Source: an uncultured virus (IMG/VR IMGVR_UViG_3300012277_000001) (Duplodnaviria; Heunggongvirae; Uroviricota; Caudoviricetes). From it: DNA of 64,000 nt. Shown here in pieces: positions 36,439-45,497 of the stretch. Location: positions 124,001 to 188,000 of IMG/VR virus record IMGVR_UViG_3300012277_000001. The stretch is one strand, 5' to 3'. The notes beneath the pieces are model-generated. The model saw only the letters and a list, made by a program, of their open reading frames with translations. It was not told the origin of the DNA and made no database searches. Each line of letters begins with the position of its first letter. Position 1 is the first letter of the stretch. The position numbers were made by a program, and so were the translations under genes.

Positions 36439-37090
36439 CAGCTAAAGCCTCTTTATAGGATTCCAGCAGACCCGCGTGGTCGCCTTTTAGGCGCAACATC
36501 GCATGCTGGTGGAACGTTTTTAACGTGTGACTGAAAAGCAGCGGCCAGTGGGCGGTGCCGGAGAATATTTGTAGAAATTCGTCGCGGGTGTTAGTCTGGC
36601 TGAAATCAGGCAGAGTGATCCCACGGGACAGAATTTCGGAATGGGTATCGAAGCTCATGGCGTTGAAGGCTTTCTGTTCGACGAAAGCTTTCCAACAAAG
36701 TGCGAGGTTGTTTTCGTCACGCTGCACGGCGTGGAAAACATAAGGGACTGCGGTTTTGTCAAATTCAACCAACGACAGAATATGTTCGATCAGGTCGAGT
36801 TCGATTTGTGCCGCGATGTAGGCGGGACGGGTGATCAGGGTGCGTGCCCCGTCTTCCATCATGGTTGCCTTGGCGCGCAGTATGTTGGCCGGGGTTTCGT
36901 CTTTGGCGTTGATCGACTCAAGGGCGACAGTTTGCCGGTGGCCACTGCGATAGGATTCTGCGTGGGCGCTAGCCATCGCATGCTTACGGTCTTCGCGAAG
37001 TTCGTAAAGTACGCGTGCGAATTCCGTTTGTGTAAAGCATGAGGCGCCCAACCGGTAAATGATTTGGTCAGCTGAATGCAGCCAGTGCAT
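36320..37090 (-). CDS. Hypothetical protein
   Basis: 256-aa ORF. Confidence 0.6.
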   Translation of the reverse strand: MHWLHSADQIIYRLGASCFTQTEFARVLYELREDRKHAMASAHAESYRSGHRQTVALESINAKDETPANILRAKATMMEDGARTLITRPAYIAAQIELDLIEHILSLVEFDKTAVPYVFHAVQRDENNLALCWKAFVEQKAFNAMSFDTHSEILSRGITLPDFSQTNTRDEFLQIFSGTAHWPLLFSHTLKTFHQHAMLRLKGDHAGLLESYKEALADAEKSPAFLGCIPQSSTPLPAADGTQRLGGPLPSGAGRS

Positions 37091-37095
37091 ACAAG

Positions 37096-37115
37096 AAAAG
37101 GGGCGTAAGCCCCTT
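37096..37115 (-). terminator. Intrinsic terminator
   Basis: AAGGGGC-gtaa-GCCCCTT with a U tail on the minus strand. Confidence 0.65.
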
Positions 37116-37142
37116 CCCGTGTTAGCCTAGATGGCCGTTGAC

Positions 37143-37685
37143 TTATTCGTCGTCGCCTTCGAAATCGTCGTAGTCATCGTTCTTCTTTTTCTTTTTGGCA
37201 GGCTTCTCGGCCTTGGCTTTCTTGCCTTTCTTGGCAGGCTTTTCTTCAGCGCCTTTCTTCACTTTCTTGGATTTTTTCGAAGGCTTGTCGTCTTCGTCTT
37301 CATCCTTGGAAGCTTTCTTGGCTTTCTTGGCCTTCACAGGCTTTTCTTCTTCAGCCTTGGCTTTTTTCTTGCCCTTGGCTGGTTTCTCTTCTTCAGCTTT
37401 GGCTTTCTTGCCTTTGGCAGGCTTTTCTTCGGCCTTGGCTTTCTTGCCGCCTTTCTCGGCTTTGGCAGGCTTGGCAGCAGCTTTGCCTTTGCCTTTGGCT
37501 GGGGCTTCGTCGCCGCTCAGCTTGCCTTCCAGCACGTCGATTTGTGCGGTCACGTCGGCCAGCTGGGCGTCAACAGCTTCGGTCAGCTTGGCTTGGGTTT
37601 TTTGGGTTTGTTCCAGAGCGCGCTGTTGTTTGCGCAGACGGGAAACTTCGGCTTTGCCGTTGATGGTAACGTCGTTCTTGGCCAT
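37143..37685 (-). CDS. Histone H1-like Lys/Ala-rich protein with N-terminal coiled coil
   Basis: Repeats of KAKAEEKPAKGKK. Confidence 0.75.
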   Translation of the reverse strand: MAKNDVTINGKAEVSRLRKQQRALEQTQKTQAKLTEAVDAQLADVTAQIDVLEGKLSGDEAPAKGKGKAAAKPAKAEKGGKKAKAEEKPAKGKKAKAEEEKPAKGKKKAKAEEEKPVKAKKAKKASKDEDEDDKPSKKSKKVKKGAEEKPAKKGKKAKAEKPAKKKKKNDDYDDFEGDDE

Positions 37686-37726
37686 GGTATTTCAGTTCCT
37701 AGATGGTTTGCCTATTAGGCGATTTA

Positions 37727-37750
37727 GATCACCGGAACGTTCCGGTGATC
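37727..37750. repeat. Perfect 24-bp palindrome
   Basis: GATCACCGGAAC|GTTCCGGTGATC with no spacer. Confidence 0.95.
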
Positions 37751-37781
37751 AGAATTTTTTCAAAAGCCCGATTTTGGGCGA

Positions 37782-37808
37782 AAAGAAACCCGGCGGTCAG
37801 ACCGGGTT
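37782..37808 (-). terminator. Intrinsic terminator after the poly-Glu gene
   Basis: AACCCGG-cggtcaga-CCGGGTT with a U-rich tail on the minus strand. Confidence 0.6.
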
Positions 37809-37865
37809 GCTTTTAAGTGTGCGGTTCGAAGCAGAGCTATCGAGAGGCGCGAAGATCAGACCGAC

Positions 37866-38309
37866 TTATTCGTCGTCATCTTCTTCCTCTTCTTCTTCTT
37901 CCTCTTCTTCCTCTTCTTCCTCTTCTTCCTCTTCTTCCTCTTCTTCCTCTTCTTCCTCTTCTTCCTCTTCTTCTTCCTCTTCTTCTTCCTCTTCTTCCTC
38001 TTCTTCCTCTTCTTCCTCTTCTTCCTCTTCTTCCTCTTCTTCCTCTTCTTCCTCTTCTTCCTCTTCCTCTTCCTCTTCCTCTTCCTCTTCCTCTTCCTCT
38101 TCCTCTTCCTCTTCTTCCTCGGCCTCTTGCAGTTCGCCGATGGCGCCGATCACGTCTTCAACGGATTCGAAGCCTTTGTCTTGGAAGGAAACGAGAATTT
38201 GCAGCAGCACTTCGAGGTTGATCAGGTTCAGATCATCAGCGGTCAGCTGCGGAGCGGCCTTTTTCTTCGAGGCTTTTTTCGGGGCAGCTTTTGCTTTGGA
38301 CTTTGCCAT
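37866..38309 (-). CDS. Poly-glutamate protein (basic N-terminus, helical core, 80 consecutive Glu)
   Basis: GGAG RBS; Glu run at 37881-38120 in mixed GAA/GAG codons. Confidence 0.8.
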   Translation of the reverse strand: MAKSKAKAAPKKASKKKAAPQLTADDLNLINLEVLLQILVSFQDKGFESVEDVIGAIGELQEAEEEEEEEEEEEEEEEEEEEEEEEEEEEEEEEEEEEEEEEEEEEEEEEEEEEEEEEEEEEEEEEEEEEEEEEEEEEEEEEEDDDE

Positions 38310-38352
38310 GTGTTTCTTACTCCAGATAGGTATGAGGTGTCGCTAAGGAAGG

Positions 38353-38396
38353 TTTACAGTATTTCGACTGCTCGCCCTGTGTGTAGGGTTTACAGT
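38353..38396 (-). promoter_or_regulatory. Tandem ACTGTAAA candidate promoters
   Basis: Copies at 38353-38360 and 38389-38396 upstream of the poly-Glu gene. Confidence 0.6.
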
Positions 38397-38456
38397 TTTG
38401 TGCGGGGTGAGCGTGGGCGGCTCAGTCAAGATCGCCCACGAACTCGGTGTCGGTTG

Positions 38457-39017
38457 TTACTTCTTTTTCTTTTTCTTGCCGGAGTCGATTGCTACGACTT
38501 TTCCCGACTTCTTTTTCTCGCCGCCTTCGGAGGCTTTCACGCCACGACCGGAAGTTTGCGAGCCTTCAGCGTCGAGGGCCTTGATTTCGTACTGAATGCC
38601 AGCGTTCGGGGAGAACACCGAAGTGCCGCCGTCGCCCTTGATGATGATATCAGGGCCGTTGAACTTCAGGGTGCCGGTGGCGGTAACAGCGGCTTTGCGT
38701 TGCAGAACGGTGATGGAACCGCCTTTTTCGTCGCCCAGCATTTCGACGATATCGGTATTGCGATAGGTCGAAACAACCATTTTCTTCGAAGCGCTGGTGG
38801 CCTTGTGGCGCCAGATGGTGAACAGTTCGGAACGTTCGATCAGGTAGCCGGGAACTTCAACAGGCTGTTGAGCGTAGCCGGTAACGGTGAACTGGCCGGT
38901 CTTCATCGAGAACGGAGTTTTCGCAGTGGTGCCACTCAGTTTGCGAATGGCTTTGTCCAGCTTGGAAACTTTGGTACGGGCGACGGTCTTTTTGCTGCTT
39001 TTTTCTGGCTTGGCCAT
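38457..39017 (-). CDS. Hypothetical beta-rich protein with basic termini
   Basis: 186-aa ORF ending KKKKKK. Confidence 0.7.
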   Translation of the reverse strand: MAKPEKSSKKTVARTKVSKLDKAIRKLSGTTAKTPFSMKTGQFTVTGYAQQPVEVPGYLIERSELFTIWRHKATSASKKMVVSTYRNTDIVEMLGDEKGGSITVLQRKAAVTATGTLKFNGPDIIIKGDGGTSVFSPNAGIQYEIKALDAEGSQTSGRGVKASEGGEKKKSGKVVAIDSGKKKKKK

Positions 39018-39027
39018 GGTCTTCTAC

Positions 39028-39963
39028 CTATTTCTTGGTTTGCTTCGGCTTGAGCTTCCCGCTTTTTGCTGGCGCAGCCTCGGCGTTTGGATTGGTGAGG
39101 CCCACAGTCACCATGACGTTTGCGTCGTGAATGTGGTCATCTTGATTGACGGGGTTTGCCGCCGCACCGTCTTCAACGCAGAGCGCAGAGAACAGAGACA
39201 GCAGGTTAGGCCGTACGTTGAAATTACTAACGTCAAATGCAACAGCAATCGAGGTTTTGATTTTCGATGCAGTCGCGTAATTGCGAAGCGGTTGCCGGTA
39301 GCCCAAATCAAACAGGCGAATTGCTTCGGCGGCATCCGATGCAACCTCGGTCAAACTGGCAGCGTGGATGTTTACCCGCACAACCAGCTGAATAGTATTT
39401 ACAGTTTCCGATTCCTTGGTGCGGTATTCGGAAACGCTGGCAGCGAAGTAATCGCCGCGAGCAATGGAGAATTCCAGCCCCATTTGTTCGTAATCTGGAC
39501 CGCCGAAGCTTTCCTGCAACTGTTTGTTGATTGCAGCAATCAGTTTATCGGTCCGGGCCTTGATCGCGGCGTCATCAGCTACGATCAGGAAGTTTTCCAG
39601 CTTCAGGTTTTGCAGGTATTCGTAGACGGCAGTCAGCGGTTCGACTGCGGCGCCGTTCTTGGTGCGGTTCAGTGGACGGTAAAGCGAAACCGGTTCGCCC
39701 CCGGCTTCTGCCGTTCCGTCGTCACGGTAAACCATTGGCGTAAGCGTCTTATGCTCACATACCACATCATTTACAGTATTGAGCACGGCGCCCAGTACCA
39801 CTTCGATGCGAGGAACGACGCGAACGAAGAATTCGCCATCATCCACTGGAATGTTCGATTTACCGCGAGTAATATTCTCGGGTTCCTGTGCAACGCCAAC
39901 CGAACGTTCGGTGGATTGCAATTTTTGTTTGTGCGTCTCTTCGTATGAAATGCTATTGCTCAC
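39028..39963 (-). CDS. Hypothetical protein
   Basis: 311-aa ORF, GTGA coupled. Confidence 0.7.
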   Translation of the reverse strand: MSNSISYEETHKQKLQSTERSVGVAQEPENITRGKSNIPVDDGEFFVRVVPRIEVVLGAVLNTVNDVVCEHKTLTPMVYRDDGTAEAGGEPVSLYRPLNRTKNGAAVEPLTAVYEYLQNLKLENFLIVADDAAIKARTDKLIAAINKQLQESFGGPDYEQMGLEFSIARGDYFAASVSEYRTKESETVNTIQLVVRVNIHAASLTEVASDAAEAIRLFDLGYRQPLRNYATASKIKTSIAVAFDVSNFNVRPNLLSLFSALCVEDGAAANPVNQDDHIHDANVMVTVGLTNPNAEAAPAKSGKLKPKQTKK

Positions 39964-41246
39964 AGGTCAATCCTCGTAACGTCAACGAACCGGACAGTGG
40001 CGTCAACGCCCGGTTGAATAATCAATGCGGATACCTTCGCATCCAGCGCCTTCTCGAATATATTTACAGTTTTCTGCACGTCGGTGTCTTCTGCGATGCG
40101 ACCAACGAATTCGAGCGCCGGATGTGTAAGGCTACGGAACCCCAGCGAAGACAAATGCAACTGCTGTTGGCGACCCATTCGAACCGTTTTGAGTCCGTCG
40201 CGATTCCAACGATAAATTTCGGAAGCGACGAATTTCAAACGGGATTCAGGGCGCGATTGCAGGTATGCATTGTATTCGGCTTCAGGATCAGCAGTTTTAA
40301 CGCGTTCAGTCAGTTGCTCTAAACGGCGCTTGGCTTTAATGATTTCCTGCAACGATTCGACGGGGTTGTCTTTACCGCGTTCGGCGTTGCGCTGCTGTGT
40401 CCTTATCAGATTATTTACAGTTCTTTGTGCCTCGGCCTGCGCAGCCACGTCGTCTTCGATTCGGAAATGGCTTTGCGTCAAAGGCGGTGTATCGTCGGTA
40501 ATGAATTGGCGGAATACCTGCCCAATTTTATCACCGTTGCGTTTGGATTCGGGAATGAACACGGTCCCGGCCACAACGTACATGGCGTTATGTCCGAATG
40601 GCGTAAATTCCTGCATGGTCATCTTGCCGCGAATTTCACCGAAGTAACGCGGCGCCCCCAGCTGGACCAGCTTATCCAACGCAAGGAAATAGTTTTCTTT
40701 GTGATGGTAGAAGCCAGCGTACAGGTGCGGCGTTACACCGGGTGCCGTACGGTAGATCAGGTAAACGCGCACGCCACGCAAACGAGGCATGACCGAACAA
40801 CCCGGCTTCAGTGTGCCGGTGCGCTTGTGGTCGTGGATCTTGCGCACAACGTCGAGGCACGGATAGATAAGCGCGTCCGGGTACGATTCGTCGGGGGCTT
40901 CCTCGGCACACTTGAGCGCGTAGGCGCATTCACGGTCGTATTCCGATGCAGGCTGTAGGGTGGCATAGGCCGACCACACAACGGCCCGTTCTGGCTCGAA
41001 TGGGAGGCCATAGCCTACGTTGAACAACATGGCGACCGTCACCATGTCTTCGATCACCCCGTCAGCTGCGTTCTTCACGATGCGGATCAGGTCAGCCCTT
41101 TTCATATTCGTGCCCACCGTAACAGGCTGCTTAACGATCCGGCCCATGTACTCATACGAATACGTTTTGAAATCGTGCGTCGGCTCACAGGATTTCAAAA
41201 CGCCGCGTTCGTACAGATGATGAATTACCGAAGTCAGTCGTTGCAT
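39960..41246 (-). CDS. Putative inactive NAD+-dependent DNA ligase adenylation-domain homologue
   Basis: VMPRLRGVRVYLIY (motif I-like, KxDG changed to RLRG), VVAGTVFIP, LKFVAS, LSSLGF, SALIIQ. Confidence 0.5.
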   Translation of the reverse strand: MQRLTSVIHHLYERGVLKSCEPTHDFKTYSYEYMGRIVKQPVTVGTNMKRADLIRIVKNAADGVIEDMVTVAMLFNVGYGLPFEPERAVVWSAYATLQPASEYDRECAYALKCAEEAPDESYPDALIYPCLDVVRKIHDHKRTGTLKPGCSVMPRLRGVRVYLIYRTAPGVTPHLYAGFYHHKENYFLALDKLVQLGAPRYFGEIRGKMTMQEFTPFGHNAMYVVAGTVFIPESKRNGDKIGQVFRQFITDDTPPLTQSHFRIEDDVAAQAEAQRTVNNLIRTQQRNAERGKDNPVESLQEIIKAKRRLEQLTERVKTADPEAEYNAYLQSRPESRLKFVASEIYRWNRDGLKTVRMGRQQQLHLSSLGFRSLTHPALEFVGRIAEDTDVQKTVNIFEKALDAKVSALIIQPGVDATVRFVDVTRIDL

Positions 41247-41530
41247 TATTCTGGCTCGCAAATGTCAGTGATTTCGTGCAGGTGGCGTTCATCCACACCA
41301 TCTTCAAGTACATCACGGTACTGGGGGATTTTGTCAGCGTGCACGATAATCAGTGTGTCGCCCGTGGTGCCAAAAACCTTGAATGGCTTTTGCAAAAACA
41401 TCAGGGCAAAATAATTATTGAGGGCGACGGCTGCGTCATAGGCAGTGCCGTCTAGCGGATGGTTGGTGATTGCGATTTCATCGTGTTCTGCAATATTCAG
41501 AACGTACGCTGCAAATTGTCCGGTTTCCAT
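41246..41530 (-). CDS. Hypothetical protein
   Basis: ATG 41530 with GAGGG RBS; TAATG overlap downstream. Confidence 0.55.
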   Translation of the reverse strand: METGQFAAYVLNIAEHDEIAITNHPLDGTAYDAAVALNNYFALMFLQKPFKVFGTTGDTLIIVHADKIPQYRDVLEDGVDERHLHEITDICEPE

Positions 41531-41546
41531 CTTATCCCTCGGGCCT

Positions 41547-42002
41547 TCAGGCAAACAACATCAGCACGTCGTCGTGCGACGAAATCATTTTCTGGTTGTT
41601 GTAACGGACTTCGAACATGCCGTTTTTTTCGACGGCCATGTAAACGGTGCCATTGCGTTCGAAGATTACCGAATTGCCGACGCGGGTAGAATCGGCCAAT
41701 GCAGCAGCGAGGGTATTAGTGGCGGGGCGGGAGGGCTTGAGAGATTCGCGGAAAAATTCAAGGAATGCCGCGAGGTCTGCGAAACGCTGCTTTACGCCAG
41801 CAATTTCGATGGTGACGACCGAGCTTTCGCGACTCACGGTGACAACGCCGTTATAGCTAGCGGTGTTCAACACGATGTGCGGGCCGATCAGGGAGGTGCG
41901 AACTACGGTCGCTTCGAAGGGTTCAGAACCGTTACCCGGTTCATTTGCCATCAGGGCGATGGCGATGTTCGAGACTTTATCAGCGCGGGTCAGGTTTGCC
42001 AT
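41547..42002 (-). CDS. Hypothetical protein
   Basis: GGAG RBS; 151 aa. Confidence 0.7.
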   Translation of the reverse strand: MANLTRADKVSNIAIALMANEPGNGSEPFEATVVRTSLIGPHIVLNTASYNGVVTVSRESSVVTIEIAGVKQRFADLAAFLEFFRESLKPSRPATNTLAAALADSTRVGNSVIFERNGTVYMAVEKNGMFEVRYNNQKMISSHDDVLMLFA

Positions 42003-42019
42003 GTGTAGCTCCAGAAATG

Positions 42020-42052
42020 AAAAAAGGAAGGGCCGGCACTCGACCCTTCCTT
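42020..42052 (-). terminator. Intrinsic terminator
   Basis: AAGGAAGGG...CCCTTCCTT with a U-run on the minus strand. Confidence 0.65.
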
Positions 42053-42055
42053 GAA

Positions 42056-42063
42056 TTTACAGT
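42056..42063 (-). promoter_or_regulatory. ACTGTAAA candidate promoter element
   Basis: Recurrent motif, intergenic. Confidence 0.5.
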
Positions 42064-42078
42064 TTACGCCACAACCTG

Positions 42079-43203
42079 TCAGATCAGGTTTTCGAGGGCA
42101 GCGACTGCGGCGGCAGCACTGCTGCTGCGGGTAATTTCAACGCCGTTTTCGTCTTCGACGTAGAACACGTCGATGTAACGCAGGTTATTGAAATTTTCGT
42201 TCTCGATGCGAATCACGCGGGTGTAGTCCACGTTTTCGCCGCTCACTTCGCGGGCATACATCAGCGTCAGCATGTTGGCCGATTGTTCCGTCATGGTATC
42301 GGACGGAAGCATGTCGATTACCTGTTGCAGCTTTTCGTCGTGGATCGCGGCGAGCACTTCGGGCGAATCCTTGACCGGGCCTTGTGGTGCTGGTTCGGCT
42401 TCAGGCTCTTCGGTTACGGCCTCGGTAGGCGTAGGCTCTTCAGCTTCACCCGGCAGATCGCTTTGTGGCTCTTCCTGCGCGATTACAGCGCTTTCCGATG
42501 CCGGGGCAGGCTCGCCCACAGGGTCAGCCTCGGGCGCTTCTGGTTGCGCTTCTGGCGTGTCCGTGTTGGCTTGCTCTTCGGTCTGGAAATCGAAGTCGGT
42601 AGAGGCCGGGGCTTCGTCGTCCTCTTCCTCCATGAAATCCTCTTCCTCTTCGAAATCCTCTTCGGATTCCGGAATTTCCGGCGCTGCTTGGGTTTCATGC
42701 ACGGCAGCTTGGCGCTGCAATGCTTGATCAACGATCTTCGGGACCATGCTCAGGATACGACCGGAATCGGGAATGGCCGTTGCCTGTTGGTCGGCTTCTT
42801 CCTCTTCGGTTTCTTCCTCTTCTTCGTCCAGATCATCGAAAGCCATTCGCAGCAGATCATGATCCACTTCGACGTTGCAGAGGTAAGCAACGATTTCGCC
42901 GTCTTCGCTGATATGGCTGCTCATGAAGACTTCGTTATGGTGGCGCGCTTCCGCGTCCAGCATGATATCGCCCGCGATTTCTGCCGCCTCTTCGATGCCC
43001 ACCAAATCCATCACAGGGAACGTGATTCGTTTAGCGAAGATCGGCCCCGCATCATCGTCCAGCATCAGTTCAGCCGAGTCCAATTCGTACCAGTCGCCCA
43101 GTTCGTCGGTATCGGTGCCCAGTGCCAGATTCAAAATGTTAATGAATCGCGTGTGGATTGCGATTTTGGCTGCTGCTGCCAAACCACTGAAAAATTCGTT
43201 CAT
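42079..43203 (-). CDS. Highly acidic hypothetical protein
   Basis: Glu/Asp/Pro-rich low-complexity centre; GAGG RBS. Confidence 0.75.
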   Translation of the reverse strand: MNEFFSGLAAAAKIAIHTRFINILNLALGTDTDELGDWYELDSAELMLDDDAGPIFAKRITFPVMDLVGIEEAAEIAGDIMLDAEARHHNEVFMSSHISEDGEIVAYLCNVEVDHDLLRMAFDDLDEEEEETEEEEADQQATAIPDSGRILSMVPKIVDQALQRQAAVHETQAAPEIPESEEDFEEEEDFMEEEDDEAPASTDFDFQTEEQANTDTPEAQPEAPEADPVGEPAPASESAVIAQEEPQSDLPGEAEEPTPTEAVTEEPEAEPAPQGPVKDSPEVLAAIHDEKLQQVIDMLPSDTMTEQSANMLTLMYAREVSGENVDYTRVIRIENENFNNLRYIDVFYVEDENGVEITRSSSAAAAVAALENLI

Positions 43204-43227
43204 GTTACATACCTCGGAAAAGTTTAG

Positions 43228-43252
43228 TGGGGAACAATCTAGTCCCCCACTT
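43228..43252 (-). terminator. Hairpin, possible terminator
   Basis: AGTGGGG...CCCCACT. Confidence 0.4.
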
Positions 43253-43269
43253 TGGAAAAGAACCGGCTG

Positions 43270-45219
43270 TTAGACTTCGATGCCGTTTTCTTCGCAAACG
43301 TTGGTGAAGTCGTCGTAGCTCATGGTTTTGAGCATTTGAGTCTCGACGTTGATCAGGCCGGGAATCATTTCGCCGTTTTTCTCACGCAGGCCAATCAACA
43401 GGTAGTCTTGATCTTCGACCTTCACAGTGAAGCCCGGCTCGACGTTGTAGCCGAATGCGGTGAACACGTCTTGCGAGGCGTACCATGCTTCAGCAGCGGC
43501 GCGCATTGCTTTCTGGTATTTACCAGTCGGCACGATTGCGGCCATACGCGAAGTGGCGTCGTTCACGTATTCGGTGGCGTCTTCAGGGAACATGGTTTCG
43601 GCGTCAGGGGCGAAGGTCTGCGATTCGGAAAAATCTTCTTCCTCTTCCAGTTCCTCTTCTTCCTCCGGCTCTTCTTCCTCTTCCAGTTCCTCTTCTTCCT
43701 CCGGCTCTTCTTCCTCTTCGGTTTCTTCCTCTTCGGTTTCTTCCTCTTCGGTTTCTTCCTCTTCCTCTACTTCTTCCTCTTCTTCAGGTTCTTCTTCCTC
43801 GACCTCTTCCTCTTCTTCCGGCTCTTCTTCTTCGAGCGGATCATCGGAAAGCTGGTGTTGGTCCAAATCGCTTTCGGAATCGTCAGCGAAGTTTTCGCGG
43901 CGCTGGCGCTCTACAAACCCTTGGATTTCTTCCTGCGAAGTGCCGGGCACCGCGAAGCTGATGGCAACGGTGCAGAACTCGGTGCCACGCCCGGCGAACA
44001 CGGAAACAACGTCAATGTCGTATTCCTTGAGTACACCGGTACGCACCAGCTGTTCGACCAAATCGCGCAGGTCATTGGAGGTGTCGTCGTCGAATTCGGA
44101 AACCTTGATAACCTTTTTCTCGGACGGTGGCACTTCGCGGTTTTTCGGCAACGCACCGCCCGATTTCTGCTGGGCTGCTGCGTCTTCGTATACCAGTTTG
44201 GCGCCCACACGCTTGATGGCCGATACGTGGAAGCGAATGCCGCTGTCCAGTTCTACGGTGCCGGTGTTGAAGATGCGCGAAACGGTTTGCGATTTCTTGC
44301 CAACGACGATTTGCGTAACGTTCTTTTTCAGATCGCGAGTGGTTACAGGCGAGTTGTCGTCTTCCTGTTTCGGGGCTTTGGCCGGTTTCTTGTTGGCCTG
44401 TTCCCACAGGTCGCGCAGTTCGTCGATGTAGTCATCGCTGTATACGGCGAATTTGCCGCTTTTGGTTTTGCGCACTTCGTCGATTTGGAATTCGGTTCCA
44501 TCGTCCAGAACGCAGCGGCCCGACTTGTAGGTGCTTACGACCTTTTTGTCTTCGCCGTCGAAGTCGATCACCTTGCCACGAACGTCGCTGGTTTCATACT
44601 GGCCAGCAGGACCGTACAGCGCGCCGTCGAAGTTGCCACCGTGGTCGGCGTCATCGGTTTCGTCTTCGTTTTTCTTGGCGTTGGCTTTTTTGGTTACGCC
44701 GCCTTTAGTGCTGGCGGTTTCAGCGGTCTTCTTACCGGCTGGCTTTTTGTCTGCTGGCTTGGATGAAGTTTTGCCGCTGGTGGCGCCTTCGCTTTCATGC
44801 GGTTCAGCATCGCAGGCGAAACCTTTGCCTTTGCGGCGAACGTCGGAGAGGTTGAAGGTCGAACCATCCACCAGTTCAACGCGACCAGATTTGCGCAGCA
44901 GGCGCTTAACTTCAACGCCGTTGATTTTCTTACCTTCGAGTTCATCAGCGGTAACGGCAGGTGGTGCAGGGCGTTCGCTGCGCGACGAAGTTGGGGCCGG
45001 GGTCGAAGCGGTTTCTTTCGCAGGAGCTTTTTTCGCAGCACCGCCTTTCAGGTCAACGAAGACGCCACGGCCTTTGTTGTACACATCATCGACATGGAAT
45101 TCGGAACCTTCCTTGGTGCGGATGATGCCGCTCTTCAGATGCTTGATCACGGTTTCTTTGACCACGCCTTTTTTGCCGTGGTTAACGTTGATAGCCTTGC
45201 CGGTCAGGTTGGTGCTCAT
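43270..45219 (-). CDS. Multidomain protein with four short beta repeats and an acidic tract
   Basis: Four copies of KSG.....DG..F....V; EEEEPEEEE repeats; GGAG RBS. Confidence 0.75.
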   Translation of the reverse strand: MSTNLTGKAINVNHGKKGVVKETVIKHLKSGIIRTKEGSEFHVDDVYNKGRGVFVDLKGGAAKKAPAKETASTPAPTSSRSERPAPPAVTADELEGKKINGVEVKRLLRKSGRVELVDGSTFNLSDVRRKGKGFACDAEPHESEGATSGKTSSKPADKKPAGKKTAETASTKGGVTKKANAKKNEDETDDADHGGNFDGALYGPAGQYETSDVRGKVIDFDGEDKKVVSTYKSGRCVLDDGTEFQIDEVRKTKSGKFAVYSDDYIDELRDLWEQANKKPAKAPKQEDDNSPVTTRDLKKNVTQIVVGKKSQTVSRIFNTGTVELDSGIRFHVSAIKRVGAKLVYEDAAAQQKSGGALPKNREVPPSEKKVIKVSEFDDDTSNDLRDLVEQLVRTGVLKEYDIDVVSVFAGRGTEFCTVAISFAVPGTSQEEIQGFVERQRRENFADDSESDLDQHQLSDDPLEEEEPEEEEEVEEEEPEEEEEVEEEEETEEEETEEEETEEEEEPEEEEELEEEEEPEEEEELEEEEDFSESQTFAPDAETMFPEDATEYVNDATSRMAAIVPTGKYQKAMRAAAEAWYASQDVFTAFGYNVEPGFTVKVEDQDYLLIGLREKNGEMIPGLINVETQMLKTMSYDDFTNVCEENGIEV

Positions 45220-45259
45220 GGGTCAATCTCCAAACTTGCGAAATAGTGTGAGTGTCGTT

Positions 45260-45460
45260 TTGCGGCGAATGCGTTGCCGAGGGCTTAAAGCTACCAAAGG
45301 GAAAGCCGATTAGACAAGCCCTATCGCCTAACGGGCTTCCCTATAGTCGGCAAACGCTCACTAGAGCGTGGGCGTTTGCGTACGCCTATATAGGCAGCAC
45401 ATCAAACTTCCCTTATTCCGTGAGCGTCATTGCATTAGGCGCAAAGCGTTACGGAAGGCC
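45260..45460 (+). ncRNA. Candidate multi-hairpin structured element
   Basis: Five consecutive stems; strand inferred from G-U pairs. Confidence 0.3.
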
Positions 45461-45497
45461 TCCACGGTAACAAACGGGGGCCATAGGGTCAAGGCAC

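Noticed and set aside
37195..38346. Plus-strand poly-Ser and poly-Leu/Pro ORFs
   Set aside because: They are antisense shadows of the poly-Glu and Lys-rich genes; the RBS, promoter motifs and terminators support the minus strand.
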